Counted from the first letter of the stretch, positions 22,990 to 35,548 are shown. The stretch is DNA of 64,000 bases from Torpedo marmorata (GCA_977017645.1 OZ360245.1:20088001-20152000), one strand, 5' to 3'. A program made the numbers and translations. Notes: generated by a model from the letters alone, not told the origin.

Positions 22990-23140
22990 AACTTTTGAGC
23001 TCGGCTGAAAGGGAGGTCTGGCATTCGGTTTAATGAGTTAAAGTCCCATCTGATAAGGCAGTTCTTCTGACTGAATGACGACTGCCTAGATTTATCTGCG
23101 TAAAGTCTGACATCGAGCTTGAATCTGGCTGAGTGGCAAG
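22990..23140 (-). mobile_element. Degenerate Deu-domain SINE, antisense
   Basis: TCGGTTTAATG...CCATCTGATAAGGCA...GCCTAGATTT...CTTGAATCT resembles the reverse complement of the Deu/tRNA head region. Confidence 0.5.
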
Positions 23141-23611
23141 AATGCGCTATACACACCTGACACCATTCCATATACTTGGAAAAGTTGTTTTTGTGCCACA
23201 CTGCAAAGATTATATTAGTGTTAAACTTTTTTTTTGGATACTTCCCAATTCCATCCACAACTTTGGCTTCTGTCAAAGGCTATTGCCGGTGCTGCCTGTG
23301 GCATACTCACAAGGAAGGCCTTACTAAACCTATGCAGATACTCAGTTTCACCTCTTTTCTGCAGGTCCAGATGAGTTGTAGCTGCTGGTGGCAATTCCAT
23401 CTGTCAGGCCAAATCCAAATGAAGGAAAAGGAGTTGATGGGAAGTGGTAATTGCTAATGTGTAGGATAAATGTTAAAATGTTGGTTGGGCCAAATAGTTT
23501 GTATTGGATGTGACATGTCCCATAACCTCGGATGAGAAGGAATAATTTCATGGCAAGATTGCAGATGCTTCAAGACAATAGTTTGGTCATCTTTTGCTTT
23601 TGGTCCAAAAT

Positions 23612-23820
23612 TAGAACATAGAAAATTACAGCACAGTACAGGCCCTTCGGCTCACAATGTTGTGCTGACCTATATATACCTAAAAAAAACCTAAACCTTC
23701 CCTACCTCATAAACCTCTGTTTTTCTTTCATCCATGTGCCTGTCTAAGAGTCTCTTAAATGCCCTATTGTTCCAACACCACCACCCCTGGTAATGCATTT
23801 CAAGCACCCACAACTCTCTG
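23612..23820 (-). mobile_element. CR1 LINE 3' end
   Basis: Reverse-complement similarity to the CR1 end at 10420-10615 (ATTTAAGAGACTCTTAGACAGGCACATGGATGAAAGAAA). Confidence 0.8.
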
Positions 23821-24050
23821 GTTTCTATGCATTCCATATAAAACTAAACACTGGTAGCCAAAGATAAGTTACTTCATTTTTTAAATTACCTACATCCAGC
23901 TGATTCACCAGATTGATAATGATTTATGCACTGGGTTTACACCTGTGTAAGAAGTCTTAATTTGTTTGCACACCAGTTAGCTCAACTGATCCATATTGTT
24001 GATTACTTAGCCTCTTGTTTCCTTTTGAAGATAGAATACTTTATTGAATG

Positions 24051-24087
24051 GGTTAGGGTTAGGAGTTTCTCCAGCATTTGTGTTTTT
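24051..24087 (+). mobile_element. 37-bp insertion: (GGTTAG)2 plus 25-bp Penelope terminus
   Basis: 14-bp TSD TACTTTATTGAATG (24037-24050 and 24088-24101); GAGTTTCTCCAGCATTTGTGTTTTT is the reverse complement of the PLE end at 36168-36192. Confidence 0.85.
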
Positions 24088-24957
24088 TACTTTATTGAAT
24101 GATCTGGTTTGTGCCATTTAATGCAAGTCTTTCCCTAATTTCAATGATAATAATCTATTGACGCCAAGATCAATATGAAATGCAGTCAACCTACCAAGCG
24201 ACCTTTATGGTAGTGAAACCTGGGTTTTGTATCAAAATTATCAAAAAGACAATGGAATAATAACATTATTGTTGCTGCCTTTGAGTCATCCTCAACTGAA
24301 ATGGGAAACCATAATACAACTGCCAGTGTCCGAAGCCAAAAATACAGTTATGGACTTCGTGATTCTTGATCAGTCTTGTTATGCTGAGCTGGTCACCCAG
24401 AGGGCACGTCAATTGAGACACTTCTGAAGCAAGTTTGCTGACCCCAGTTCAGTCAAAGGAATTGACCATGAAAGCATCTGTAGAAAAAAAAAGTTTAATA
24501 TTGAAAGTGGGGAAATTGAAGTGAAATAGAAATGATACAGATAGCCATGACCTTCTGAAAGATCTTTGAATTTTGAATTATCTATCAGAATGATTTCTAT
24601 TTGGGGTGGGGTAAAAGGCACAGTATAGGCCCTTCAGCTCAGGATGTTGTGCGGACCTACTTTATGTAAACCTACTACACAACTATCTAATTTTTCCCTA
24701 CCTCGCACCCATCACCCTCTATTTTTTTTCTTGCACCCATGTGACTATGTAAACAATGGCATGGCTAGGTCTTTATCTTGATCATGTATATTAGCTGCCT
24801 ATAGATTTGCACTTTGCTCCTAAGCCACTGAAGGTCCCACCGACAACCTTACTTCTAATTAAGGTCAAAATGAAAGAGAACATTCTCAAATGATTTGCCA
24901 AGATGTCCATAAAAAATTAACTGTATTCCCACAACAGGAATAATTCTTCAGTTTTCC

Positions 24958-25525
24958 ACATTGATGCAATCACAAAGAAGTCTCGCCAGCGGCTATACTT
25001 TGTGAGGTGTCTGAGGAGATTAGTTATGTCACCGAAGACTCTCGTAAACTTCTACAGGTGTACTGTGGAGAGCATTCTGGCTGGTTGCATCACTGCCTGG
25101 TATGGAGGCGCCAACTCTCAGGACAAGAATAAACTCCAGAGGGTTGTTAACTCGGCCTGTGACATCACAGGCACCAGACTTCACTCCATCGAGGACATCT
25201 AAACGAGGCGGTGTCTTAAAAAAGCAGCCTCTGCCTCAAAGACCCCCACCACCCAGGCCATGCCCTTTTCACTCTGCTACCATCGGGAAAAATGTACAGG
25301 AGCCTAAAGACGAGCACTCAACGGCACAAGGACAGCTTCTTCCCCGCTGCCATCAGATTCCTGAATAATCAATGAACCAAAGACACTGCCTTACTTTTTG
25401 TGCACTATTATTTATATATTTTTTATCGTAATGTCGTAAGATGGTTATAATATAAATGTTTGCACTATGATGCTGCCGCAAAACACCGAATTTCATGACT
25501 TGTTCATGACAATAAATTCTGATAA
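24958..25525 (+). mobile_element. Rex1/Babar-type LINE 3' fragment
   Basis: [23 protein letters not shown]; near-identical to the reverse complement of 52060-52630. Confidence 0.88.
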
Positions 25526-26685
25526 ATAAAATTCTCTGTTTCCAATCTGTTGAACATGCATCTTTTCTAATTGTCATCTCTGCAGGGCAGAAGTGGTGTG
25601 TTGCAATTTTCTTTCCATTTATCATTCTGTAGATTGCTTTTGAATCTGCCATATTTTACTGTAATCTTCAAAACCTGTCAATTATATCACAATTTGATGT
25701 GAACTTTTCATTAGATTCAATTAACTTTTTTAAATGGGTAGCTTCTCTCAAGTTGTAAAATGTGTCCTTTTCTCCCCAAGGTTACCATATTTTCCCAGAT
25801 GAATTTTCTGCTAACTGTGATGCCAATGTGGTACCTTACAAATTAAAACAGATAGTGTTTGTGGGTTGCTGGGTGGAATACTTTGCAAGTAAATTACTTA
25901 ATAGATCTCTAATGCTAAATGTGGTGATGAAGTACAAGACAATTAAAATGAAAAGAAGAAGCAGATATTGTTTTTGTGTCTGAGAGAAAAAAACAGATTT
26001 CAGCTGGTGGATCATGTAATGCAGGTGCATTTGTGATGATTTGTGCAGGCTTCCTTGATTATTGCATGTTAGTGGCTAGATTGATAAGTATTAGAAAATT
26101 TAAAAAAAATATGATCTGCTGATATTCCAAATCAAAGCACTATCTTATTTTAATAACTTGCTGCTGTATCTTGAATGTATTGTAATTAAGAACTAACTGT
26201 CTGCCATCATGGTCTTGATTATAGTTCTGGTTTATAGAAGAATGCCTGGAATAAAATATTTCTTGATTTTGAGAGCATTGATGCTGTAGTGCTCCTGTTT
26301 CATAATGACCATTGAAAGTCAGATAATATAGACTTGCACGTTACATATTTATGAATTGAGGATTGTCTGATCTTTGACTTGTCTGCTTTATAGATATTCC
26401 AAGGTCAATATAAATGCAAGTGGAAATCAAGAGAATGTTTTTGTATTGATTGGTACAGGTTTTCTTTCTTAATATCATAGAAGGTGTCTTGTTAAAAGTT
26501 AATAGTTTCAGTGGGTGAACTATGATACGATGCATGTTTGTATTGTCAGTGTGATGAGGGCAGTCTCTTCCTCAGAATCACATTGTAAGAATAGTTTGAA
26601 ATTATTAGGAGAAACTGAATGGGCTGAATTTGTTTTTCTTGGAAGAGGAAGTTTTGGGGAGAACTTGATTAAGATGGTAAGAAAT

Positions 26686-27762
26686 ACGGTCTACCAAATA
26701 CTAATTTTTTTCCATTATCTACAGATTAGAGATTTTTTGCGATCTCAGTTACATACATTTCCTAAGAGGACTGATAAGAATTTAATTGATGTAATTTTTA
26801 ATTTACAACCTTTCTAAAATGGTTCAATATCTAACATTTATGATATGTTGTCAGGAATAAGAGAGGCTCCCTCAGATAAAATTAAAAAAGCCTGGGAACA
26901 GGACCTACAGCTTTTAATTCCAGAAGAAACTTGGAATGTAATTTTCAAATTGGTTAATACCTCTTCTTTATGTGCCCACCACTCTCTCCTACAATTTAAA
27001 GTAGTCCATAGGGCTCACATGTCCAAAGTCAAACTATCTCGTTTTTATGTGGATGTATCTCCTCGTTGTGATAAATGCAACAATGGAGATGCTTCATTAA
27101 TTCATATGTTCTGGACATGCAAGAGTCTTGAGAAATATTGGATCAAAGTATGTCAAACTTTCTCTGCACTTTTTAAAGTTAATTTTAAACCAAATCCCTT
27201 AACTGCTTTATTTGGTATTGTTGGAGAGAGTGACATAACTTTAACGACATCTGAGCTACATGTATTAGCTTTCATTTCTCTTATGGCTAGGCGGGCGGTG
27301 TTGCTCAGATGGAGGGACCTTACCCCGCCTAATCATGCTCAATGGTTATGTGACGTCATGTCATGTTTAAACTTAGAGAAGATTAGATGCTCAATTTCCG
27401 ATTTGAATTTAAATTTTCAAACACTTTGGGGACCCTTTTTGAATTACTTTTATAATCTTTGATTTGTTATGAAGGTAGAAATGTTGACTAATGAGGTAAT
27501 TTATCACTCTGATAAGAATTCTGTCTTTCTTTTTTTTGGCCAAACAGCTTGGTAGTGAGTTTAGATTTTCCTTTTTTTTAAATAATAAAATAATATAATA
27601 TCAATACAATATAATCTGTTTGATTAAAATGTGGAGTACCTTGGATGAAATGATATTGATTAAGTGTAATGTATCTTTTTGAATTTTAACATATATCCAT
27701 ATGTACTCTGTATTTTTGGATGTGAAATTTCAATGTTAATAAAAATACTGAAAAAGAAAGAA
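26686..27762 (+). mobile_element. L1-clade LINE 3' fragment (ORF2 C-terminal Cys-rich domain plus 3'UTR), inside an older CR1 remnant (~26600-28020)
   Basis: ORF 26845-27462 with LLQFKVVHRAH and CDKC...LIHMFWTC; A-rich tail near 27750. Confidence 0.88.
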
Positions 27763-28404
27763 ACTCTTCTCCATAGCAGAGATGTCTAAAATTAGATAGC
27801 GCGGGTTACTGGTAAGAGGTTAGAGGAAGTCTGAGGATTTCTTTTCACCCAGAGGATGGTTGTATTTGGAAAGCACTGCCTGAGTGGGTGGGGATGCAGG
27901 TACTCTCTCAAATTTTAAGAAGCACCTAAAAGAGCACTCGAGTCTCCAAGACGTTGAAGGCTGCCAACTAAAAGCTGGTAGATGGGATGGATACTTAATG
28001 TTGAACATGAACATGGTGATCTACATTTGTAAAAGTTAGTTGGGAAATATTGTGGGTAATAGTTTTACAAATGTTAGTTTTGGATAGCTGAATGGAATAA
28101 TAAAAGCAAATTCTGTGGAATCCTTCAAAACCAGTTAAGTGAGGAATTTTAGAGGCAATCTTAGAGACAGCTTAAATTCAAATGAAACCTTTATGTATAT
28201 TATGCATGAGTAATAGTAAACTGCTAAGGATTAGAAAATTGGTTTCACTCATTGCTGTTTGACTAGTTGTGTTATAATCACTGAGACTAATTTTTGAGGC
28301 CCATGGAATTATTACGGTAAATCTAATTAATCTTATTACTTGCCATTTTCATTTTTGTATTGTTTAGAAAATTTATAATCTTTTTTGTTTGTTTCCATGT
28401 ACAG

Positions 28405-28525
28405 ACCTGAGGAAGCAGGCTCGACAACTGGAGAATGAACTTGATTTGAAATTGGTATCATTCAGCAAGCTCTGCACCAGTTACAGTGGTACCACTTCAA
28501 GAGATGGACGTCGCAACAGGTATAG
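28405..28525 (+). CDS. GOSR1: GOSR1 exon 2: (D)LRKQARQLENELDLKLVSFSKLCTSYSGTTSRDGRRN[RY](S); alternative donors end the exon at 28519 or 28525
   Basis: CAG acceptor; near-identical to human LRKQARQLENELDLKLVSFSKLCTSY; tandem donors AG|GTATAG|GTACTA. Confidence 0.96.
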
Positions 28526-29071
28526 GTACTACACAGCAGTCTTTTTTATTTTACTGTCTTTTCCTGAACCTTCAAAAAAATCTTTGTTTTCAGACTACTG
28601 AGATATTGCTGACTTTTCATGAATTACACTGTATACAACTGTTCAAGGTTTTGTCTTATGCTGAAGACTAGAATATAATTTTCAAGTTTGATGCATTTCT
28701 ATTGATTGCTATAAGTTGCTAAAAGAAAAACAACCAGAAATGGAAAAGTGTTTTCTTTACTATTGATGTTTATTGTCCAATATTTTAATGATGCAGCTTC
28801 ATTTACTTTTTGAGTGTTCTTGCGTTACAGATAACTTCTATTGTTACAATTCAGTCAGCATAAAAAATATTTGTCTTTGAATATTGGACTTTTGTTTTAA
28901 GATTTATAACAAAAAGTGTCCCAGTTTAATTTCAATTGGTAGTTTTAATTTATAGTATTCTGAGCTATTGGAATCTGCCTTTAACGCCATGCATCATTGT
29001 GTTACATTGCCATAAATTTTGTATTTCCGTAGCTGGTATTAACACCTTCTGGAAACTGATCAATGGGATTA

Positions 29072-29553
29072 GTAAAAAACACAAATGTTGGAGAAACTCA
29101 GCAGGTCAAACAGTGTCTTTTATGTAGCAAAGGTAGAAATACATAACTGACATTTCGGGCTTGAGCCCTTCATCAAAGTATGAGAAAATGCCGGCAGGCG
29201 TCTGAACAAAAGAGTGAGGGGGGGAAGGCGGGGGGTGGCAAAGGCAGGAGATGATAGGTGGAGAAAGGAGGGAGGGGACAGCAGCAAAGAGGGGGAGGAG
29301 GGATGGCTGGGTGGGTGGGAAAAAAAACAGGAAGGACAGATGAGGGGGGAGGGGGAAGGAAAAGACAAGCAGGTTTAGTGGAAACCAGAAAAGTCAATGT
29401 TAATGCCATCTGGCTGGAGAGTGCCCAGTCGGAAAATGAGATGTTCCTCCAAGCCTGTTTTTTTCCACCCACCCAGCCATCCCTCCTCCCCCTCTTTGCT
29501 GCTGTCCCCTCCCTCCTTTCTCCACCTATCATCTCCTGCCTTTGCCACCCCCC
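29072..29553 (-). mobile_element. Penelope-like 3' end with inverted duplication
   Basis: Similar to 36160-36270 and 47999-48380; ~100-bp inverted arms at 29231-29331 and 29454-29553. Confidence 0.8.
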
Positions 29554-29554
29554 C

Positions 29555-30210
29555 CTCCGCAGCCACACAGAGTCCAGTCCAAACCATTGGCAACCCGTGC
29601 TCAAGATCCGAACCTCCGACATGGTCAGGAACCCTTCAGCGCCTTCGGCACCCCCTCGCATCCCGGTTCTGATACCTGGTACCCCTTCAGCCAGTTCGAG
29701 CCAGTCTCCAGCAGTCTGCAGCCCGGCGCGAGTCTCCCGACAGCAGTCTCCAGCATCCCACAGCTTCTGTGGTTCCTCGCCTCGAGTCACCAGCAGCCGG
29801 CTGCATGCATAGGTCTTTCAGCCGCAGAGCCCCCTCACTGGTCCGCTGCCGTGGTCACCGTCCTGTGGGTTGTCTCCTCTGCTTCTCCTTCTCAGACGGG
29901 GTATGGTCTCCCCGTTTTCTGGTGCCCTGTGCCAGTCCTCCGCTCCCCTGGAGTCTGCAACCCCTCGTGGCTGCTGCCGATCAGAGGTGCTGCCATCTTG
30001 GGCGCAGACCCCGCGATCGCGGGATTGTAAATAAAACCACCGTCGGCTCCTTTAACGGGCCATTCAAAGCCTGTGCGGAGCTGACGGCAGTCGACTGGGC
30101 GGTTGGACCCCACTGGAGCGCTGTATCTCCACTCCTCGCTCCCCGCGGGTCTGCACCAGCGGCAGCGCTGCCGTTACAGTGGCTGCCGTTACAGAGAGAG
30201 GGGGAGATCC
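29555..30210 (-). mobile_element. GC-rich repeat, probable 5' leader of a non-autonomous retroelement
   Basis: Colinear with 53250-53915 (GTCCAAACCATTGGCA, GGAGTCTGCAAC, GCCATCTTGGGC, CAGCGCTGCCGTTACAG). Confidence 0.6.
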
Positions 30211-30226
30211 TTTTACTCTTTTACTC

Positions 30227-31662
30227 TTTTTTTTGAATATTTTATTTGTATTTTTTAAAGCCAAACATATTATCAATAACAAAAATAATACATCATCAAA
30301 TATAATATTCGTATGTTGACTATTATCCTAAAAAACAACAACAAAATTACAAACAAAGGAAAACCCACCCACCCAATTCCCCCCTAAATGAAAGAAAAGA
30401 GAGGAATAGAATAAGAAAAGGTTGAAATAGAAAAGGAAAGAAGACGTTGGAGGCTCGTCGCTCACCCCGCAGGCTTAAATTTTAAATTACTTGGCATACT
30501 CGGATTTCTGAAGAGGAAATGGACATAGGTCCTGGGGGCAAGGGGGGGCCTGGTTATAGATTTACAGCCATGTGTTGTAAATATGGAGTCCAAATCTTTA
30601 AAAATATATCATATCTATTTCTAAGATTATAGGTAATCTTCTCAAGGGGAACACAACTGTACATTTCCTCATTCCATCTTGTCATACCTAGATGGGAATC
30701 AGACTTCCATGTGACCACTATACATTTTCTGGCCACCGCCAATGCGATCTTCACAAATTTTATTTGAAATTTTGACAGCCTCATCTTAGGACTTACGCCG
30801 GAGATATTGCCCAATAGAAATAATTCTGGGCGTTGTGGGAACTGAATTTCTGTAATTTGTTCTAAGAGTTTCCCTAAGTCTGTCCAGAAAGGTTTTACTT
30901 TGGGGCATGACCAGGTTAAATGCAAAAACGTTCCTATTTCTTTGCCGCATCTAAAACATTTATCTGATATTTCTGATTTAAATTTATTCAATTTTTGCGG
31001 CATGAGATACAACTGGTGCAAAAAATTGTATTGCACCAGTCTGTATCTCACATTTATTGTGTTTTTCATACTGTCCCGACATAAGTCGGACCAGTTTTGT
31101 TCATTAATTATTATATCCAAGTCTGACTCCCATCTCTGTCTAAATCTATGTAGCCCCTGTTTAGGGGTTCCTTTTTGTAGTAAAAGATAGGCTGCTGAAA
31201 TAAACTTTGTGATCCCCTTTCGAATCAAAGTCTCCACTTCACTGCATTCTGGTAGGGTCATTGATGGGCCCAATTTGTCCCTTAAGTAAGATCTCAGCTG
31301 GAAATAGCAGAAGAGTGTATTATTCATAATACCATACTTATTTTTTAATTGTTCAAATGACATAAGTTGTCCATGCTCGTAGCAATCCTCGACACATCTG
31401 ATCCCTTTCCGGGACCAGGCGTCCAGGATCTTATTATCCATTGTGAAAAGGTATACACCTATTTTGAGCCAGAGGTGTTTTTGGAGATAACCTCCCCTTA
31501 TTCCCAATTTGATAATTTATTTTATACCAGGTATCAATTATGTGTTTCAATAGGTGGGTTTCTTTCACACCGGATATTAATTTTTTATCCCATTTGTATA
31601 TAAAGTCTTCTGCTATCTTCTCTCCCACCTTATGCAGTTCCATCTTTACCCAGGAAGGCTTG
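30227..31662 (-). mobile_element. L1-clade LINE 3' fragment
   Basis: ORF 30554-31507 (YRLVQYNFLHQLY, CFRC...FLHLTWSC); T-run near 30227; related to 54928-57213. Confidence 0.9.
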
Positions 31663-33900
31663 TACTCTTTTACTCTTAATATACTTGTAGAAACCCTGAA
31701 GAATTTCCTTCACATTGTCTGCCAAAGCAACCTCATGTCTTTTTTTAGCCTTCCTGATTTCTTTCGAGGTTTTTCTTTCATTTTTTATACTCCTCAAGTA
31801 CCTCATTTGCTCCATGTTGCTTATACCTGCTATATACCTCTCTCTTCTTCCGAACCAGATCCCCAATATCCCTCAAAAACCAAGGTTCCCTATGCCTGCT
31901 AACCTTGCCTTTAATCCTGACAGGAACATACAAACTCTGTACTCTCAAAATTTCACCTCCACTTACATCGCACATCCTTTCCTGAAAACAACTTATCCCA
32001 ATCCACGCATTCTAGATCCTTTCTCATTTCCTCAAAATTAGCCTTTCTCCAATTTAGAATGTCAACCCGAACCCGAGGTCCATAATTAACTTGAAACTAA
32101 TGGCATTATGATCACTGGACCCAAAATGTTTCCCTACATGTACTTCTGTCACCTGTCCTGTCTTGTTCCCTAAAAGGAGATCCAATATTGCATTCTCTCT
32201 AGTTGGTACCTCTAGAAATTGATTTAGAAAACTTTCCTGAACACATTTGACAAACTCCAAGCCATCCTGCCCTTTTACAGTATGGGAGTCCCAGTCAATA
32301 TGTGGAAAATTAAAATTCCCTCCTCTCACAACCTTATGTTTCCTGCATCTGTCTGCTATCTCTCTACAGATTTACTCCTCCAATTCTCGTTGACTATTGG
32401 GCTATCTATAATACAACCCCATGAGTGTGGTCATACCTTTTCCATTCCTCAGCTCCACCCATATAGCCTCAGTAGACGAGCCCTCTGGTCTGTCCCTGAC
32501 GAGCAATGCCACACCTCCCCCTTTCATCCCCGCCCCCCGTTCTATCACATCTAAAGCAACTGAAGACTGGAACATTGAGCTGCCAGTCCTGCCCCTCTTG
32601 CAAACAAGTTTCACTAATGGCCACAATGTCATAATTCCACGTGCCAATCCACGCTCTAAGCTCATCTGCCTTTCCTACAATACTCCTTGCATTGAAATAG
32701 ATGCACTTTAGAAAATTTCCACCACGTACAACCTGTTGACTTCTAATGGTGCATGCAATTTTCACATCATTTTTCTCTCCTCCACTCCTCTATCTGCTCT
32801 GGCACTCTGGTTCCCATCCCCCTGTAAACCCACCAGAGCAGCACGAGCACTAGCAAACCTTCCCGCAAGGATATTAGTGCCCCTCCAGTTCAGATGCACA
32901 CTGTCCTGTCGGAACAGGTCCCACCTTCCCTGGAAGAGAGCCCAATGATCCAGAAACCTGAAGCCCTCCCTCCTGCACCATGTCTTTAGCCACATGTTAA
33001 GCTGCATTATCCTCCTATTTCTAACCTCACTAGCACATGGCATGGGTAGCAATCCTGAGAACACAACCCTGGAGGTCCTGACCTGCAACCTAGCACCTAA
33101 CTCCCTGAACTCTCCTTGCAGGACCTCCTCACCTTTCCTACCCACTTCATTAGTCCCTATATGGACCACGACATCTGGCTGCTCACCCTCCCTCCTGATA
33201 ATGCCGTGAACTCGATCTGAGATATCTCGGACCCTGGCACCAGGGAGGCAACATACCATCTGGGATACTCAATCTCTTCCACAGAACCTCTCATCTGTCC
33301 CCCTAACTATGGAATCTCCTATCACTACAGCTCGCCTCTTCTCCTCCCTTCCCTTCTTAGCCACAGGACCAGACTCCGTGCCAGAGACCTGATCGCCGTG
33401 GCTTGTCCCGAGTAGATCCCCCCCCAATAATATCCAAAATGGCATACTTGTTATTGAGGGGAACGCCCTCTCCTGACTGTCACCCATGTACCCTCCTCCT
33501 CGGTGTGATAGTGTCCCTGTAACTCCTGTCTATCACCCCCTCTGCCTCCTGAATGATCCGGAGTTCATTCACCTCCAGCTCCAACTCCTTAACTCGGCTT
33601 GTCAGGAGCTGCAGCTGGATGCACTTCTCGCAGATGAAGTCATCAGGGATACTGCTGGTTTCCTTGACGACCCACGTTCTGCAAGAGGAGCATTCCCCTG
33701 CCTTGGCTGCCACTGTTTATGACGAGAGGAATAAAATATATGATATATAAAACCTGCCCTTACCTGTGCCTACCTGCTGAATCCTTTTTTTCCTTGAAAA
33801 GGGTGGCCCTTTCTTACTTCAACTCCTGCTATCCCTCGCCTCTTACCTGTTCTCGCTGAAGCCTGTTGAGCCTTACCACCCTGACTCAGTCCACACCCTC
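31663..33900 (-). mobile_element. CR1 LINE 5' half: ORF1 (zinc finger, coiled coil, SGNH esterase) and ORF2 APE endonuclease; 3' half missing
   Basis: CSSCRTW...CEKC; VIGDSIVRG and VVVHIGTNEV (esterase blocks); CIYFNARSIVGKADEL, GNFNFPHIDW, GSSDHNAISF (APE). Confidence 0.92.
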
Positions 33901-34219
33901 AACGGCTGCTCCTGTCCAGGTTTCTATCATTGGACTGCATCCAATTTTTGTATTTACCGTATATTTTGGTGTATAAGTCGACCCACAGATAAGTCGACCC
34001 CCCTTTTTCAGCCTCATTTTAATGGTTTTATTGTATATCGGGCGTATAAGTCGACCCCCTAAAAATTGCGATGCCTGAGATGTTGGGCATTGACCGGCGT
34101 ATAAGTCAACCCCCAAAAATTGTGATGCCTGAGATGCTGGGCGTTGACCGGCGTATAAGACGACCCACAACGAACGCGATGATTGAGCTGCTGGGCATTG
34201 GCTGGAGGTGATTGTTATC

Positions 34220-35548
34220 ATGGAGGGTCCATTGAAACGACAAAAGTATGAGGCGAGTTTTAAATTAAAAGTGATAGAAATGGCCAAGAAAACCAACAAC
34301 TGTGCTGCTGCAAGAAAATTTGATACATATGAGAAGTTAGTAAGAGATTGGAGGAAGAAAGAAGGGACTTTAAGAAAAATACCAAAAAGGCAATGTTCGA
34401 TGAGAAGAAGAATCACTCGTTGGCCAGAGTTGGAAAATCATGTTGCAACATGGGTACATGAACAGAGGCAACATTGCTACATAGTCACCCGAAATAAAAT
34501 AAGAACATTTGCACTGAAGTGGGCAAAGTCGCACCCAGAACTCAGTAATGATTTTGAAGCTACAGTCGGCTGGTGCAACCGTTTCATGAACAGGAAAAAT
34601 CTGGTATTACGACAAAAAACAAAAATTGCTCAGAAACTACCAAAAGATTTTGATCATAAAGTTGTAAGTTTTCACCAGTTTATTTTACGCAACCGGCAGA
34701 AACACAAGTTTGCATTGGCAAATATTGGAAACATGGACGAAACCCCATGAATTTTTACATGATAGGCAATAGAACAGTGGAATGGAAAGGTGTGAAAACT
34801 GTGCAAATCAGGAGTACAGGCCATGAAAGGACCAGGTTTACTGTGGTGTTATCGTACATGGCCGACGGGACAAAGTTAAGACCCATGGTAATCTTCAAAC
34901 GCAAATTGAAACCTAAAATAAAATTCCCTGCGGGTATTTTTGTACATTTTCATGAAAAAGGATGGGTGGATGGATGAAAATGGTGTAAAACTATGGATAG
35001 ACAATGTGTGGAACAGGCGGCCAGGCGGTTTACACAAGGAACGGAGTTTTCTGGTCTGGGATATGTTTCGTAGCCACTTAACTGAGAACACTAAAAGTAG
35101 ATTAGCACAACATAATACTTACATGGCGGTTATCCCGGGTGGTTTGACGTCTATATTGCAACCTCTCGATGTCTGCTTGAACAAGCCATTCAAAGACCAT
35201 GTGCGTGAAGAGTGGAATACATGGATGTCGAGTGCAGAAAAATCATTTACAAAAGGCGGGGCAATGCGTACTGCATCGCTTGATATGCTGTGTGACTTCA
35301 TGCTCAAGGCATGGGACAAAGTGAAAGTAGAGACTGTAATAAAATCGTTTAAAAAGTGCGGTATCTCTTGTGCAATTGATGGTACGGAAGATGATTTATT
35401 GTGGGACACTGACGTAGAAGCTGAAGCTGCCTCATTAGATACATACTGGGATCCATATGATGACTGTTTAAACAGTGAGACCCCGGATGTGCTTGCCGAG
35501 ATCTTTGCCTCAGACGATGATAGCGAAAGTGATTTTGAAGGGTTCTAA
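34220..35548 (+). pseudogene. DD35D transposase with two frameshifts (about -1 at ~34746, +4 at ~34968)
   Basis: Brinker-like DBD (YEASFKLKVIEMAKKTNNCAAARKF), CENP-B HTH, triad NMDET / VWD / QPLD with exactly 35 residues between the 2nd and 3rd Asp. Confidence 0.9.

Noticed and set aside
34220-35548. Domesticated POGK-like host gene
   Set aside because: Has TIRs, TA flanks, frameshifts and a second dispersed copy, so it is a transposon.
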